From the IMG/VR virus record IMGVR_UViG_3300046660_000219, positions 141,909 to 205,908 of that record: DNA of 64,000 bases; one strand, 5' to 3'. The notes under the pieces were generated by a model. That model had not been told where the DNA came from. It saw only the letters and a list, made by a program, of their open reading frames with translations, and did no database searches. A program made the translations under genes and the position numbers. Shown piece after piece: positions 29,194-39,921 of this stretch; position 1 is the first letter of the stretch, and every line of letters begins with the position of its first letter.

Positions 29194-29526
29194 TTACCTT
29201 TTTTTCGTAATGCCATAGGCGTCGCTCACGGTGATATAGGTGTCGTAGATCGGTTGGCAGACGTCGGCGGGGACGGGTTTATCCTTTTCACGCAGCGGTA
29301 CGGGTTGCACTTGCGTGCAGGACGCGTACAGCCCGCCAATCGCGCTGACGACCTGTTGGCGGCCCTCTTGGCGCGCCGTCTCCATGTTGTTGAAATAGAT
29401 CTGCGAGCCGAAGCCCACGACCATCAGCACGACGCCGAAGATGGCGACCGCGAAGCCTGCGTTGAAGCCACGCGTGGTAGCGCGGTCGTTATAGTAGACT
29501 TGGCCGTCAATGGATTCGGTAGACAT
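29194..29526 (-). CDS. Single-TM membrane protein
   Basis: Hydrophobic segment FAVAIFGVVLMVVGFG; AAGGGG SD. Confidence 0.65.
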   Translation of the reverse strand: MSTESIDGQVYYNDRATTRGFNAGFAVAIFGVVLMVVGFGSQIYFNNMETARQEGRQQVVSAIGGLYASCTQVQPVPLREKDKPVPADVCQPIYDTYITVSDAYGITKKR

Positions 29527-31129
29527 ATGAATTCCCCTTGGTTGATAGATCAGCTTGGCGCGTCACGCGGCGAACCACGTGACTAACGAAACTGGTATAC
29601 TATTACTGTATGATCACATGCGGTGTGACGCCTTCGTCAACGATCCACGCCGCTGTTTCGTGATCACTTACGTTTGCTAACATTTCGTTAGCTTCAGCCA
29701 AGGTATCATAACGATCATAGACAACCGCCGCTAGCGGGTGCTTATCGTACAGGCTATTTAGGTCAGCCGCCCATAGAGCGTACCGTTTAGCTGCTTCGCT
29801 CATGGTTCAAACTCCTTCACGTTGGGCGATGACGCCACTGTTGTAGGCGCAGAGTTGGGCTTGCTGGTTTTCGTCCAGCCAAGGCGAGTAACGGATAGGT
29901 GGGCGCTTACCGGCCTCGCCGTGCAATTCGTCCTGCCAGCCGGCGTAAAACCAACGACGGTGGGGATTGAACAGGCCACCCCATTGTAGCGCCGCCTTAC
30001 GCATACGCTGGCGATCTTGTCGGGAAGCGCTGTTGGTCAAGATGTACCACAGCCGCCAAACCACCAGTGCCACGATTGCGCACGTAACGATGTTGTCAAT
30101 GTTGACGTCAGGCATGACCCTTACCCTTATCAGTTCAGACAGTCTCTTGGCGAACCAAGAGACCAACAGAGCCGATACTATTAATCATCGTCTTCGTCGT
30201 ACTCTTCGGTGTAATCGTGCTCTTCCCAATCATCATCCGTGTCAGCGGTATCGTCGTTGTAGACGACAGGCGGACCCGCCAACCATTTCACGAGAAGATA
30301 GAGTCCGCCAAAGAAGAGAACGGCCAATAGAAAAACCCCTAGAGTGTCCGTGTCCATCGTCCTACCTTTTCTTCTTGAGACGCTTACGCACCTCGCTTTC
30401 CAGCGCGGAGACAACAGCGTTGTGAATTTCGAGTATGCGCGGGTTACTATCGCCGAGACGTGCGGTTTGCACTAAGGTTTGGACGAGAACGTCGTCCGTC
30501 ATGCTCTTAACTTTAAGGATAGTGCTTTCGGCGTTCGCCTGCGTGTTCGCTAGGCGCTTAGCTTCATTGGCGCGAGATTCTTCGCCTTGGGCTTGGATGA
30601 CGTCACTCCAGCTATCGAGACTCATTATCTTACCCTTTTCTGTAGCGCACCACGGTGCGCGCGTTGTTGAAGTACTTGGCCGCAACTTCCCGGCAGGAGA
30701 GTGCGCCACACAGGCCAAACAGCAGGCCGTAGATGATGGGTCCGAAGTGCATGTCAGTTACCTCCCATACGAGCGAGAATGATAGCCTTAGCCTCGTGGC
30801 CGACACGTTCCCAGCCCTTGATTTCCTTGTACGACATAGACGTCTGAACGACGGTCGTTTGCACAGCGATATCGTAGAAGGCCAATAACCGTTCGTTGCT
30901 CACGAGCTTGCGCTTGCTGCGCATCTCAGTAAGCGCGACCTGGAAATCTCGTAGCGACATTTCCGTACGATTGGGCTGTTCACGCGTTTCGTCGTGAGGG
31001 CGCATCATGTGCGGCATAGCGTTTCCTAGATCAGGTGCAGGCCGCGAGCCACGACGGCGCAGCCTAGAGTGATAAGGGTAGCGCCACCAAGAACGGTGCT
31101 GGCAGCGCGAGCGATGTAGGCAACGGCAC

Positions 31130-31645
31130 TCATTGTTCGTTCTCCACCAAAGCAGCGCGCTTCTCAGCTAGCCACACTTGCGCAGCGATTTGCGCCTTGT
31201 TCATCCATTGGACGGCATACGCTACGTCCCACGACTTCGGAGCCGACGCCATCGCCAGCTTGCTAATCAGGGTGTACCCGTAATCGTTAAGGGTACCGTG
31301 CACGAAGCAGACGCCGTTCGGGATCTCCGGGTGCGCGTCAACGAACGCGTTTACTTGCTCCTGCACCACCAGCAGCGACTTGTACGCGCCATGCGGGTTG
31401 AAGTAGTGGAATTGCGCCCGTTGCTTGACGTTCATACCTTTATCGGTCGTCACGGTCTTGCTGATGTCATCCCACGACAACGCCTTACGATTGCGCGCCA
31501 GCTTGAAGTCGTAGCAGTTGGTGCAGCGCCAGCCCTTGCGCATGTCGTCGTTGAAATCCAGCGTATGGGTAACGCGACCCACTTGCGGATAACGATCGTT
31601 AGGCGGGCAGCACGCGCGGCACGGCATCTTCTTGCTGGTAGACAT
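31130..31645 (-). CDS. Zn-ribbon-containing hypothetical protein
   Basis: CRACC...CTNC; GGAGG SD; first gene after promoter. Confidence 0.7.
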   Translation of the reverse strand: MSTSKKMPCRACCPPNDRYPQVGRVTHTLDFNDDMRKGWRCTNCYDFKLARNRKALSWDDISKTVTTDKGMNVKQRAQFHYFNPHGAYKSLLVVQEQVNAFVDAHPEIPNGVCFVHGTLNDYGYTLISKLAMASAPKSWDVAYAVQWMNKAQIAAQVWLAEKRAALVENEQ

Positions 31646-31683
31646 GGCGTTGGCCTCCCGGCCGGTTGATCACCTTGACCACC

Positions 31684-31740
31684 CTTGTATAGGCGCTAAC
31701 GAGACCTGTCAACCCTAGTCGGAAAAATTTCCGACTAGGG
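31684..31740 (-). promoter_or_regulatory. Early promoter fused to a palindrome
   Basis: TTGACA(31712-31707)-17-TACAAG; CCCTAGTCGGAAA-AA-TTTCCGACTAGGG at 31713-31740. Confidence 0.8.
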
Positions 31741-32517
31741 GCGCTTATGCGGCTTAACTGGCTTTAACGGTCTAACGGGACGCACCGGTTTAACAGGCGG
31801 AGCCGGGTCAGGCTTGCGGACTGACTTAGGCCTAGCGTCAACATTCTTGCCGTACACCGGCCGCTCTTTGGTCACGCGCACGGGAGGTGGGTTACCAAGC
31901 GCAGCCTCGCGGCGTACCTTTAATCGCCACAGCAGTTCGCTCTTGTACGCGTTCTTCTGGCGCTCATACAGTGGAAGGAATGCACCAACACCCCGGTTGT
32001 AACACGTCGTCGCCGCAACAAGGCCCTCGACCAAATCAATGTCTTCTTTCTTAGAAATAGTAGCTTCCACTAACAGTGTCAGATCGGTTACCTTTTCCAA
32101 GCGTTCTTGTTCCGCCTCCAACCTGGATTGTCTTTCGCCGCGCGTTTCGTCCTCCGGTCCTGGGCGATTGCTACCATTGGCGATGATGTCGAAAAACCGC
32201 TGATAGTCACCGTCAGCTTCGCCGCTCTTCCGGCGGGCTTTGCGTTCGGCCTTGTCTTGCCGGCTCCATGTACCCTTGTCAGTGGCGAACGCCGATCCGC
32301 TTAAGCTCCAGTGCGACTTTCCGCTACCATTAACAACAGTGTCGTCACTCGGCGCGGCCGTAGTTTCCCCTAGATCTTCTAACACCTTTCGGCGCAGGGA
32401 CGTAGGAACGCCCCGCTTTGGGGGCGGGGCGTGCTTCTTTCCGGCGGACACGTCATGAGCGTGGACCTTAGGTGACGCGAGACTTGGATTGCCTACCTTT
32501 TTCACAGGCTTCTTCAT
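31735..32517 (-). CDS. Basic Lys/Pro-rich hypothetical protein
   Basis: AGGAG SD before MKKPV; PVKP repeats. Confidence 0.7.
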   Translation of the reverse strand: MKKPVKKVGNPSLASPKVHAHDVSAGKKHAPPPKRGVPTSLRRKVLEDLGETTAAPSDDTVVNGSGKSHWSLSGSAFATDKGTWSRQDKAERKARRKSGEADGDYQRFFDIIANGSNRPGPEDETRGERQSRLEAEQERLEKVTDLTLLVEATISKKEDIDLVEGLVAATTCYNRGVGAFLPLYERQKNAYKSELLWRLKVRREAALGNPPPVRVTKERPVYGKNVDARPKSVRKPDPAPPVKPVRPVRPLKPVKPHKRP

Positions 32518-33861
32518 TGGCGCGAATGCTCCTAATCGATAGCCAGACAATACACGCCTTCTCGTGGCGTGTCTAATGCCGGGTTTGTGGCAACACGTAG
32601 TGCCCAATGACAAGTGCACCGCCCCAGGTCATTTGAACGCTGGCGGCAAACGGACTCGCGTTAGTTGCGGCGACCATGGTTTCGTAGAAGCGAAGGGCGG
32701 CCAAACCGTCATCGTAGGCCGCGCAAATCACTTGTACGAGGTCACCGCAACTAGCGCGGGCGGTAACAGTAAACAGCTCTTCCACTAGACGGCGACGCCG
32801 CTTTTACAGAAGACCGCTAGCACGCGATCTTCACTGTCAGTCAGCCGCACGTCGGTAATAGTAGAACCAGACAGCAGGCCAAGTAGCATGTAGCTGCCGA
32901 AGTGTGTAGCGGCATCGGCCGAGTCGGTGTACGTCTGTGAGGTCGCGCTAGTAGTGGAGCGCGCCTCCAGCGTGTAGGTGAGAGCCATAAGAAAAACCTT
33001 TCCTTAGAAGACAGCGCGGAAGGCCGCGATGATACCGACCCACGAGCCGATCACGGCGGCCAGCACGAAGACGCGCGACCAGTGGATGCGCTGATGAAGC
33101 GGAGCGCGCACGGTCTCGACGATAGTGACGTTCATAATGGTAGCTCCTTTGTTTATGTGTTCTAACAGTCTGGACAGCCGGGTGGCGCGCCACCCGGCAA
33201 ACGAGAACGTTAGGCGTAGTGATATTCGCCGCACATATCGGAGTGTTGGCGGCCATTGTCGGGACAACCGCACGGACGGTAATCGTTCTCTTCGTAGAAC
33301 GGTTGCGGCTCGTTAAAAGCGCCTTCTCGTTCTAAGGCCGCGTACAGCGCCGACTGATACAGCATGTCGCGTACGCTGGCGTCGTCTTGCGAAAGGTAGG
33401 CTCGCACGTGGTTGTCATGAAAGCCCATGTGGCCCTCGATCACGTCCACGTCCCACGAACGCTTGCGATCGGCTTCCGTGATGACCGGCAGAAAACCGAT
33501 CGGTCCCAGAGCTTCAAGTTCGGCGACGGTTTGCATCGAAGTGTGTCCTTAGAAAAAGATAACAACTTGGACAGTTAGCGGGACGCGTCCCGCTAACCAA
33601 CGAAGCCGTTAGGCATAGCGGTATTCATCGAATTCGATGGCCCAACCACGCGAGGCTTGCGCACCGCTCATGTAGTGATCGAACTCGTTGCGAATGTCCG
33701 CGATTTGCGGGAGCAAGCCAGTCGAACCCGTTTCCCGAAACTTGCGCAGCATTGCCGCCATCTCTATGCGAGCCATGCGGGCACGATTAAGGTAGTGAGC
33801 TATCCAGCGACGATGCGAGTAGTCAGACATGGTGGTGAGTCCGTGTTGCGTTGTTGAAGCC

Positions 33862-33908
33862 TATGTAAACCCGTTAACCGGCACTGTCAAGCCTAGTAGG
33901 CAATTTTT
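33862..33908 (-). promoter_or_regulatory. Early promoter (repeat family variant)
   Basis: TTGACA(33890-33885)-17-TACATA with upstream A/T tract. Confidence 0.7.
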
Positions 33909-33909
33909 C

Positions 33910-34329
33910 CTATTCAGGCCTTACCGCGTAAAGCTTTCCGTCGTCCCCGATGCTAACGACTGTCCCACGTTCCAAGGGTTCGCCAGCTACGACCACCCTT
34001 GTTTGCGGGCTAACTGCCCATGTGTATGTATATGGCTGCTTACGGATTGGTGTACGCGGATTACGGGCGTTGTACCGCGCTTCGAAGTCATCGAGCTTAG
34101 CGCTAAGAACCGCTGCCCACGCGGTCGTATCGTCGTACACGTCTATATTCGCATTAAGGCTAAGATTTTTACGCTGCGTTGCATCGAGATAGTGAATACG
34201 ATCCCCGCCGACGACAAACCTACGACCACCGACGAAATATGCTCTACCTTCATTTCCAGCAAATATGCGAGCGCTTCTGTCGAGAAAATCTGACACTGGA
34301 TCCCAATTTGATTTATACTGATTGCTCAT
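33910..34329 (-). CDS. Hypothetical protein
   Basis: AGGA SD; terminator hairpin upstream at about 34361-34393. Confidence 0.65.
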   Translation of the reverse strand: MSNQYKSNWDPVSDFLDRSARIFAGNEGRAYFVGGRRFVVGGDRIHYLDATQRKNLSLNANIDVYDDTTAWAAVLSAKLDDFEARYNARNPRTPIRKQPYTYTWAVSPQTRVVVAGEPLERGTVVSIGDDGKLYAVRPE

Positions 34330-34420
34330 AGTGTCCTACTATTAATGTTGATCCATACGAGAAAACCCCAGGAGCAATTCGGCTCCTGGGGTTACAGTTT
34401 ATTGATAGAAGAAGTCCAAC

Positions 34421-35062
34421 TTACAGGTTGTTGCCACCTTCCGTGTAATAGCGCGTCTTGCCTATTGCGTCGCCCAACATAGGCGCTGTGAATTTCTCAC
34501 GTCCGACGATCTCGAAAGCTTCTCGTTGACGGTTGTAAATCACCGATGGGCGCGGGTGATCGATAATGTTTTGAATGGTACGAAGTGCGTGTTGCATGAG
34601 AGCTGACGGTTTCATGTGGCGATAACTATACGTCGATTGACCCACAGCCGTGCAGTACCCACTGTGTAATGGTACATGATTTTCATCATAGTAGTGGCTT
34701 GTAGGTTTAACCGAAGTCCACGCATTCCCGTAACGGCTTGTAGGTGTCACCGAAGTCCACTCATCCATGTGGTCGGCGTAGTAACTACGCTGTGTTATTG
34801 ATGGCCGTCGTCGCTGTTTTGCAACGTACGTTTTGTAGTCCACGATATGACCATTCGGAAACACCACGTCCGCATACATTACAGCATCCCCAATAGTTGC
34901 TACCCCGCGTAGCCATTGATTATACTGTTCTCGCACAGACATACGCTGGCTCTCTGCTATGTCGTAGCGAACCTTAGCCTCGTTGTGTGCTTTGTCGAAC
35001 AGTTCAATCACCACCGGGCTGTGGGATAGCGGATCCGTTACCTTTATCAGTATGCTATACAT
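34421..35062 (-). CDS. Hypothetical protein with an internal 13 aa repeat
   Basis: WTSVTPTSRY / WTSVKPTSHY. Confidence 0.65.
   Translation of the reverse strand: MYSILIKVTDPLSHSPVVIELFDKAHNEAKVRYDIAESQRMSVREQYNQWLRGVATIGDAVMYADVVFPNGHIVDYKTYVAKQRRRPSITQRSYYADHMDEWTSVTPTSRYGNAWTSVKPTSHYYDENHVPLHSGYCTAVGQSTYSYRHMKPSALMQHALRTIQNIIDHPRPSVIYNRQREAFEIVGREKFTAPMLGDAIGKTRYYTEGGNNL
34696..34760. repeat. Tandem duplication with 39 bp period
   Basis: GGCTTGTAGGT....ACCGAAGTCCAC at 34696 and 34735. Confidence 0.8.
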
Positions 35063-35122
35063 GTCTAGTTCCCGATGTTTGCAGTGATCAGTATAGCACA
35101 CGCCTAATGCAGCACCAAATCC

Positions 35123-36409
35123 CTACGCCACCAGTGACAGACGCGGTTCCAATTTACCGCGTGTCAGGTACTTCTCTTCTAATGCTGACGCACCTAGCGG
35201 TAACAGGGGCACGACATGCTGGTCAAACCACCACTCTTCGCTAGCGTCAGGGAAGTAGGCCTTGTACATGCGTCGCGCTACTGTTTCATCGAGAGCCTTG
35301 ACCTCTTCGATCAAGCCAAAGCGGCCGGGACGCAACAGCGCAGGATCTAGTGTTTCCAGACGGTTTGTCGTAATAGCTAGCATACGACCTTCTCGCGAGG
35401 CAATCCCGTCGAAGGCGTTGAGTACACCACCAAGAGTAAGTTCCCCTTCGCGGCGCTCTTTCTTTTTCTCGTCAAGCAGCCCTTTTGTGGAGACACTACC
35501 CTTACGAGGAAGATCGTCGTCAGCTTTAGCGGCCTTGCGCTTGTGCACGACCTCATGCGTGTCGATGTCCTCAATCACACCAAAACCGTTCGGGCCGATA
35601 CCATTCACCGCCGATTGTAAGCCAGCGTCACCGCCAACCTGAGACAGATTGATGATGTAGATGGATCGGTTGATTGCACCAGCGAACGCCGCAATCAACG
35701 TGCTCTTGCCGGTACCGGGTTGGCCAAAGAAACAGTAGCCACGACGATATGGCGTTCCACGCGATCGGTAGACCTCTTTGCTGACGCAGAACTCCCGCAT
35801 GTCGTTGAGAATACGCGCCTTGGTCTCCTCATCCATGAAAATAGTATCTAGCGAGCGCTTGTACTTGTGATCGATCAATATGTAGCCCTTGCCGTCCCAG
35901 TAATGCACCTTCAGCGTATCCGTGCCTTCATGCAGATCTCGGGCGGCTTGAATCAGGTCGCGAATAGGCTGCTGAGAGCGCCCGATAGTGCGAAGAACGA
36001 TGTCCCCGCGCCGACGTCCTCCGAACAGTGAACCTAGGCCGCCCTCATCTTTAAAAACGCGGTTGATCAGGATGATGCTACCTTTATGCCAGATAACATG
36101 CCAGCCCGTACCGATCGTAACGCTCCACGTCCACTGCATTTGGCTGTAGTCGTAGTTTTCGGTCATCATGAGTTCGCGTGAGTTATTGGCCTTGTTCTCA
36201 CGTGCCAACCACGCGCTCATCATACCGTAAACGTCGTCTTCACTGTGCAGCGTCATGGTCACGGTGAAGAAATACAAGAACGCCGACCAGATTTTGGCGG
36301 GAACAGCCTTGAGGCTGTACGTGACCGTACCGGCGATGGTTGCACCAACCAAGCCCACTAGCATTTGGTTGGTCTGAAATTGGTTAGCTACCCAACTGAA
36401 AAGCGACAT
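35123..36409 (-). CDS. BCS1-like membrane-anchored AAA+ ATPase
   Basis: N-terminal TM, GTPYRRGYCFFGQPGTGKS, IEDID, LNAFDG, TTNRLETLDPALLRPGR. Confidence 0.88.
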   Translation of the reverse strand: MSLFSWVANQFQTNQMLVGLVGATIAGTVTYSLKAVPAKIWSAFLYFFTVTMTLHSEDDVYGMMSAWLARENKANNSRELMMTENYDYSQMQWTWSVTIGTGWHVIWHKGSIILINRVFKDEGGLGSLFGGRRRGDIVLRTIGRSQQPIRDLIQAARDLHEGTDTLKVHYWDGKGYILIDHKYKRSLDTIFMDEETKARILNDMREFCVSKEVYRSRGTPYRRGYCFFGQPGTGKSTLIAAFAGAINRSIYIINLSQVGGDAGLQSAVNGIGPNGFGVIEDIDTHEVVHKRKAAKADDDLPRKGSVSTKGLLDEKKKERREGELTLGGVLNAFDGIASREGRMLAITTNRLETLDPALLRPGRFGLIEEVKALDETVARRMYKAYFPDASEEWWFDQHVVPLLPLGASALEEKYLTRGKLEPRLSLVA

Positions 36410-36425
36410 CTCTATTTCCTAAATG

Positions 36426-36842
36426 CTAGTGAGGTCTCGTGGGGAACATGTAGATTACGCGGACGTTTTGGTTTTCGGCCCACTCGATTTCCCTTAGCGT
36501 GCTTTCACCCAAATAATTACCAGGATTGACCACGAAGATCATGTCGCTCATGGCGATCTTGTCAAAGTGTAGACTGTCGAGATCGCGCTTGGCCTGACAG
36601 TCGCCACCGTCACTAGTTAGAAACATCGCGCCAGTGGGAGAATCTGCGTGACCAAAACAAAATAAAGGTAGAACAATAGCACCGGACAACGACAGATGCA
36701 TTGGAGCTAATGCGTGCGCTTCAGGAAAGCGTGAAGAGCCACACAGCGTAATTACCATGCGCTTGTGAGTTTGTTCAACCTCTCGCGTATCCATAGCGTT
36801 CATGGCGGCAGAAATCTCTTTGATAGGAAAACCGGGCGGCAT
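36426..36842 (-). CDS. Nucleoside-deoxyribosyltransferase-fold protein (DUF4406-like)
   Basis: ITLCGSSRF...HFDKIAMSDMIFVVNPGNYLGEST.REIEWA. Confidence 0.65.
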   Translation of the reverse strand: MPPGFPIKEISAAMNAMDTREVEQTHKRMVITLCGSSRFPEAHALAPMHLSLSGAIVLPLFCFGHADSPTGAMFLTSDGGDCQAKRDLDSLHFDKIAMSDMIFVVNPGNYLGESTLREIEWAENQNVRVIYMFPTRPH

Positions 36843-36844
36843 GT

Positions 36845-37294
36845 TTATACCTTTACAGGTGTGACTAGATCGAGTAACCGCGTCCTGACGGCATCCCAAT
36901 CGACCGGCAAGGCGGAACGGTAAAGAATAGTAGCGTAACCACGTAGCGGTCGTAACCCAGGTCTGATGAAAGCGTCTGTGAACATCGGCACGCCGTTCGC
37001 CACTCCGACGATACCGTCAAGAACACCCATGAAACCACCGTCGATTAGGTAGACCTGGGCATTTGTCACGGTAGCCAAGGACATCTGACTTGCCAGCTTG
37101 GGACTGCCTAAGTAGTGTTTGCCGTACGCTTCTGGACTCAACAGGATTGCCGCGACCGTTCCTGTATGCATGAGAGACGACAATGACACCAAGAAACGAT
37201 CATGTGTCTCATCAATGGTGTGCGACGGAATCGCCTGCAATACCATTGTTTGCGCCCACTGTATGGCTTCAGGCGCTGGTATGATAGTAGTCAT
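36845..37294 (-). CDS. Hypothetical protein
   Basis: ATGA coupling. Confidence 0.65.
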   Translation of the reverse strand: MTTIIPAPEAIQWAQTMVLQAIPSHTIDETHDRFLVSLSSLMHTGTVAAILLSPEAYGKHYLGSPKLASQMSLATVTNAQVYLIDGGFMGVLDGIVGVANGVPMFTDAFIRPGLRPLRGYATILYRSALPVDWDAVRTRLLDLVTPVKV

Positions 37295-37989
37295 GCCTGT
37301 ACGTCCTTGCTTATCTTCTCTCTAGCAGCCGCCATTTGCTCAGCTAGGCCCGGCGGGCGTCGTATATCCACAGACACGTTACCATTATCGTGAACGGTGA
37401 CGTGCGCATTGGGACCGAAACGTTCGTGCATGTCTTGCTTTAGTGATTGCTTGTGAGCTTCACTTACCAACAAGGCCACGTAGGCGTTGTGATGACGCGT
37501 TAGCTGTTCGTCCACGGTCAGCGCGTTCATACGCACGAAATCTATGTGTACGTCGTAAGCACGTGCCAGTCGCCCTTCATCAAAATACTGCCGCCAATGC
37601 GCTACTATTTCAGCACCTGTTGCCCCATTGGCTAGCAGTATGCAGCCTTGCCTCTGCATACTGTGTAGGATGCTGTCATTGGCGGACTGATCGCGACCGT
37701 GTTTGTACGCCTCGCTAAGCGTGCGGCCGCCAGTTAGAAAGGTACGAGCACCATGTTGAGTCTTGTCCGCGTACTTAGGGTCGTCGTAATCGTAGTTAGC
37801 TGGGTTGAGCTTGTGTCGTGCGAAGTCAGCGAAAGCCAGATCCGACTCGTAGTCACGATTGCGACGTACAGCCACTTCCGTACCATTACCACCACAACGG
37901 AAACACGGATCCGGACAAAAATGTGCGTCGGACTCGGGGTCGCAACCAGAGCCAGCACAGCGTGAACAATACTGCTTCCGACCAACCAT
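37291..37989 (-). CDS. Protein with N-terminal DnaJ-like Zn finger
   Basis: CSRCAGSG...CFRCGGNG. Confidence 0.7.
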   Translation of the reverse strand: MVGRKQYCSRCAGSGCDPESDAHFCPDPCFRCGGNGTEVAVRRNRDYESDLAFADFARHKLNPANYDYDDPKYADKTQHGARTFLTGGRTLSEAYKHGRDQSANDSILHSMQRQGCILLANGATGAEIVAHWRQYFDEGRLARAYDVHIDFVRMNALTVDEQLTRHHNAYVALLVSEAHKQSLKQDMHERFGPNAHVTVHDNGNVSVDIRRPPGLAEQMAAAREKISKDVQA

Positions 37990-38516
37990 CTTTATTACCT
38001 TTTCTTTGAACGTGACGGTAAATTGGCGCGCGATCGTTCATGTTTACGCTTAAGCCGTGACGTGGCTCGATCTCTGGCTTTACGCACCCTACAGTGGGCT
38101 TCGGGGCTGAAATAAATACGAGTCAGTGGCGAGTAATCCCAGCCGCTAATCTTGTGTAGAACACGTGCACGATCATCGCTAGACAATTCACCCAACGCGA
38201 TCTCAGTAACAACACCACACTGCAATTGTGTTGATATGGGTAAGGAGTTGTACAGGAAGTACATTGTCTCTGACATCTCTAACTACCTATCCTGGCCCAT
38301 GGTAGGTGTCCCTCTTGGCGTGATAGGGACATCTGTCATAGGCGGCGCGCTCGGCTTGTAGAGCAGTGATGGCTCGATCTATCAACCGCTGCGCTTCACT
38401 CGAACTCGTACCATTTACGTGGATACGCGTAGACACATTACCACTAAGCGGTACGCGAACGGTTACCGTTAATCCAGGATCATCAGATATCGTGGAAAGT
38501 TCGTTGTGACTCATGA

Positions 38517-39110
38517 CTAACTCCCTCTGATCTTTATCGGTTTGAACGGCTCCGTGATCCAACCGACTGCGCGTCTAATGTCATCCGTCGTGTTGCACGG
38601 AATAGTAACTACGCGATCAAGCAAGACGTCCGCGCTAGCGACGAGATTTGCCACCTGTGTTTTAGTGGCCTTCAGGAAGCGTTCGGTTTGCACCCGTTCT
38701 TGTTTGCGCCGTGCTTCTAGCACGCGCGGGTGTGCATAGGTCTTGGCTAACCGCACGCTGTAACCAGCCGCTAGACAGGCGGCTAAGAATTTACCATTAC
38801 CAAGACGCGCACCCTCTACCACGTAGTGCCGGAACACTGTGCTGGCGATGAACGCCAAAGCGTGCGGCTGTACCGCTTGCGAGAGGCGATCTGTTCCGGG
38901 GAATTGTTGGGTCGCGTCTTCGTAGCTTTTTCCGATCACGCAGGTGATCCCATCTCGCATGACGTAGTGTGGAGTCCATTTGACGTCGTGGAAGGTAGCG
39001 TCACGTACCAGCTCACGCACAATGGTAGATTTACCTGTGCATGGCTCCCCTACGATCATCGTCACGGATTTGCGCCGCGTGAACATTGGCCCGATAGATG
39101 TTCTGGTCAT
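38517..39110 (-). CDS. P-loop nucleotide kinase (phage modified-base-associated type)
   Basis: IVGEPCTGKST Walker A; GTDRLSQAVQP; EGARL. Confidence 0.65.
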   Translation of the reverse strand: MTRTSIGPMFTRRKSVTMIVGEPCTGKSTIVRELVRDATFHDVKWTPHYVMRDGITCVIGKSYEDATQQFPGTDRLSQAVQPHALAFIASTVFRHYVVEGARLGNGKFLAACLAAGYSVRLAKTYAHPRVLEARRKQERVQTERFLKATKTQVANLVASADVLLDRVVTIPCNTTDDIRRAVGWITEPFKPIKIRGS

Positions 39111-39385
39111 TCCTTGATGCCTCCACAACTACGTACTATTTCAATCAACACGTCCATATGTGATTTTAATGGGTAAATGGAGAAGAACACAGGATCAATG
39201 GGGACAATATGGGTGAGATATGGTCCACCGTCCAGAAACACGCGCTCGCCATCATTGAATACGCACATGTAATTCCAACCCAAAGCGTCAGCGATTTGCG
39301 CAAACAGTTCACGGGTACGTCGATGCGCGTAGTCTAGTATTTCGAAGTGATCTGCGTCTTTAACATACTGCATCGAACGCATCCT

Positions 39386-39829
39386 TTACACAGCTAGGAA
39401 GCCTTTGGCATTCTTTTTCGCGTTGCGCTTGGTGAAGTGTTCAATCGGTTTGGACAACACGCGCTCAAGCTCTGTCGCCACAGCGTTGTCGAAGTCTACA
39501 CCGGCGGCTTGTGCCAGAACCATAGCCGTCACGCCAATGCCACCTAGCTCTTGAAAAATAGTACCAACTGGACGCCGATCGATTTCGTCCAGCAGCTTAC
39601 GCGCCATGACCGGATCACCATCGCAAGCTTGGTAGCCTTCGTAGGCTTCTTCTAGCAGGCGCAGAGCACGTTGCTTGAGGTCAGTTGCTTCCTTGTACGT
39701 GAACGCCGCTATAGCCCACTCAGTGGCCACTGATTGCCGTTCGGGGTGCGCTTCAAAACGCGGCACGCCGTCATTACGGAAGCTGACGAAGGACGCGGAA
39801 AAAGTAATGGTAACTGGTTGTGTGGTCAT
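39386..39829 (-). CDS. MazG-like NTP pyrophosphohydrolase
   Basis: RALRLLEEAYE...QELGG acidic helical motifs. Confidence 0.6.
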   Translation of the reverse strand: MTTQPVTITFSASFVSFRNDGVPRFEAHPERQSVATEWAIAAFTYKEATDLKQRALRLLEEAYEGYQACDGDPVMARKLLDEIDRRPVGTIFQELGGIGVTAMVLAQAAGVDFDNAVATELERVLSKPIEHFTKRNAKKNAKGFLAV

Positions 39830-39881
39830 AGTGTGTCCCTTCGTGTGTCTCGTTCTGAATTAGCGCCGAGGTCCAAACGTA

Positions 39882-39916
39882 GAAAACCCCGTGGCCTTTA
39901 CGGGACCACGGGGTTT
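39882..39916 (-). terminator. Intrinsic terminator after nrdB
   Basis: AAACCCCGTGG/CCACGGGGTTT stem. Confidence 0.75.
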
Positions 39917-39921
39917 TACTA

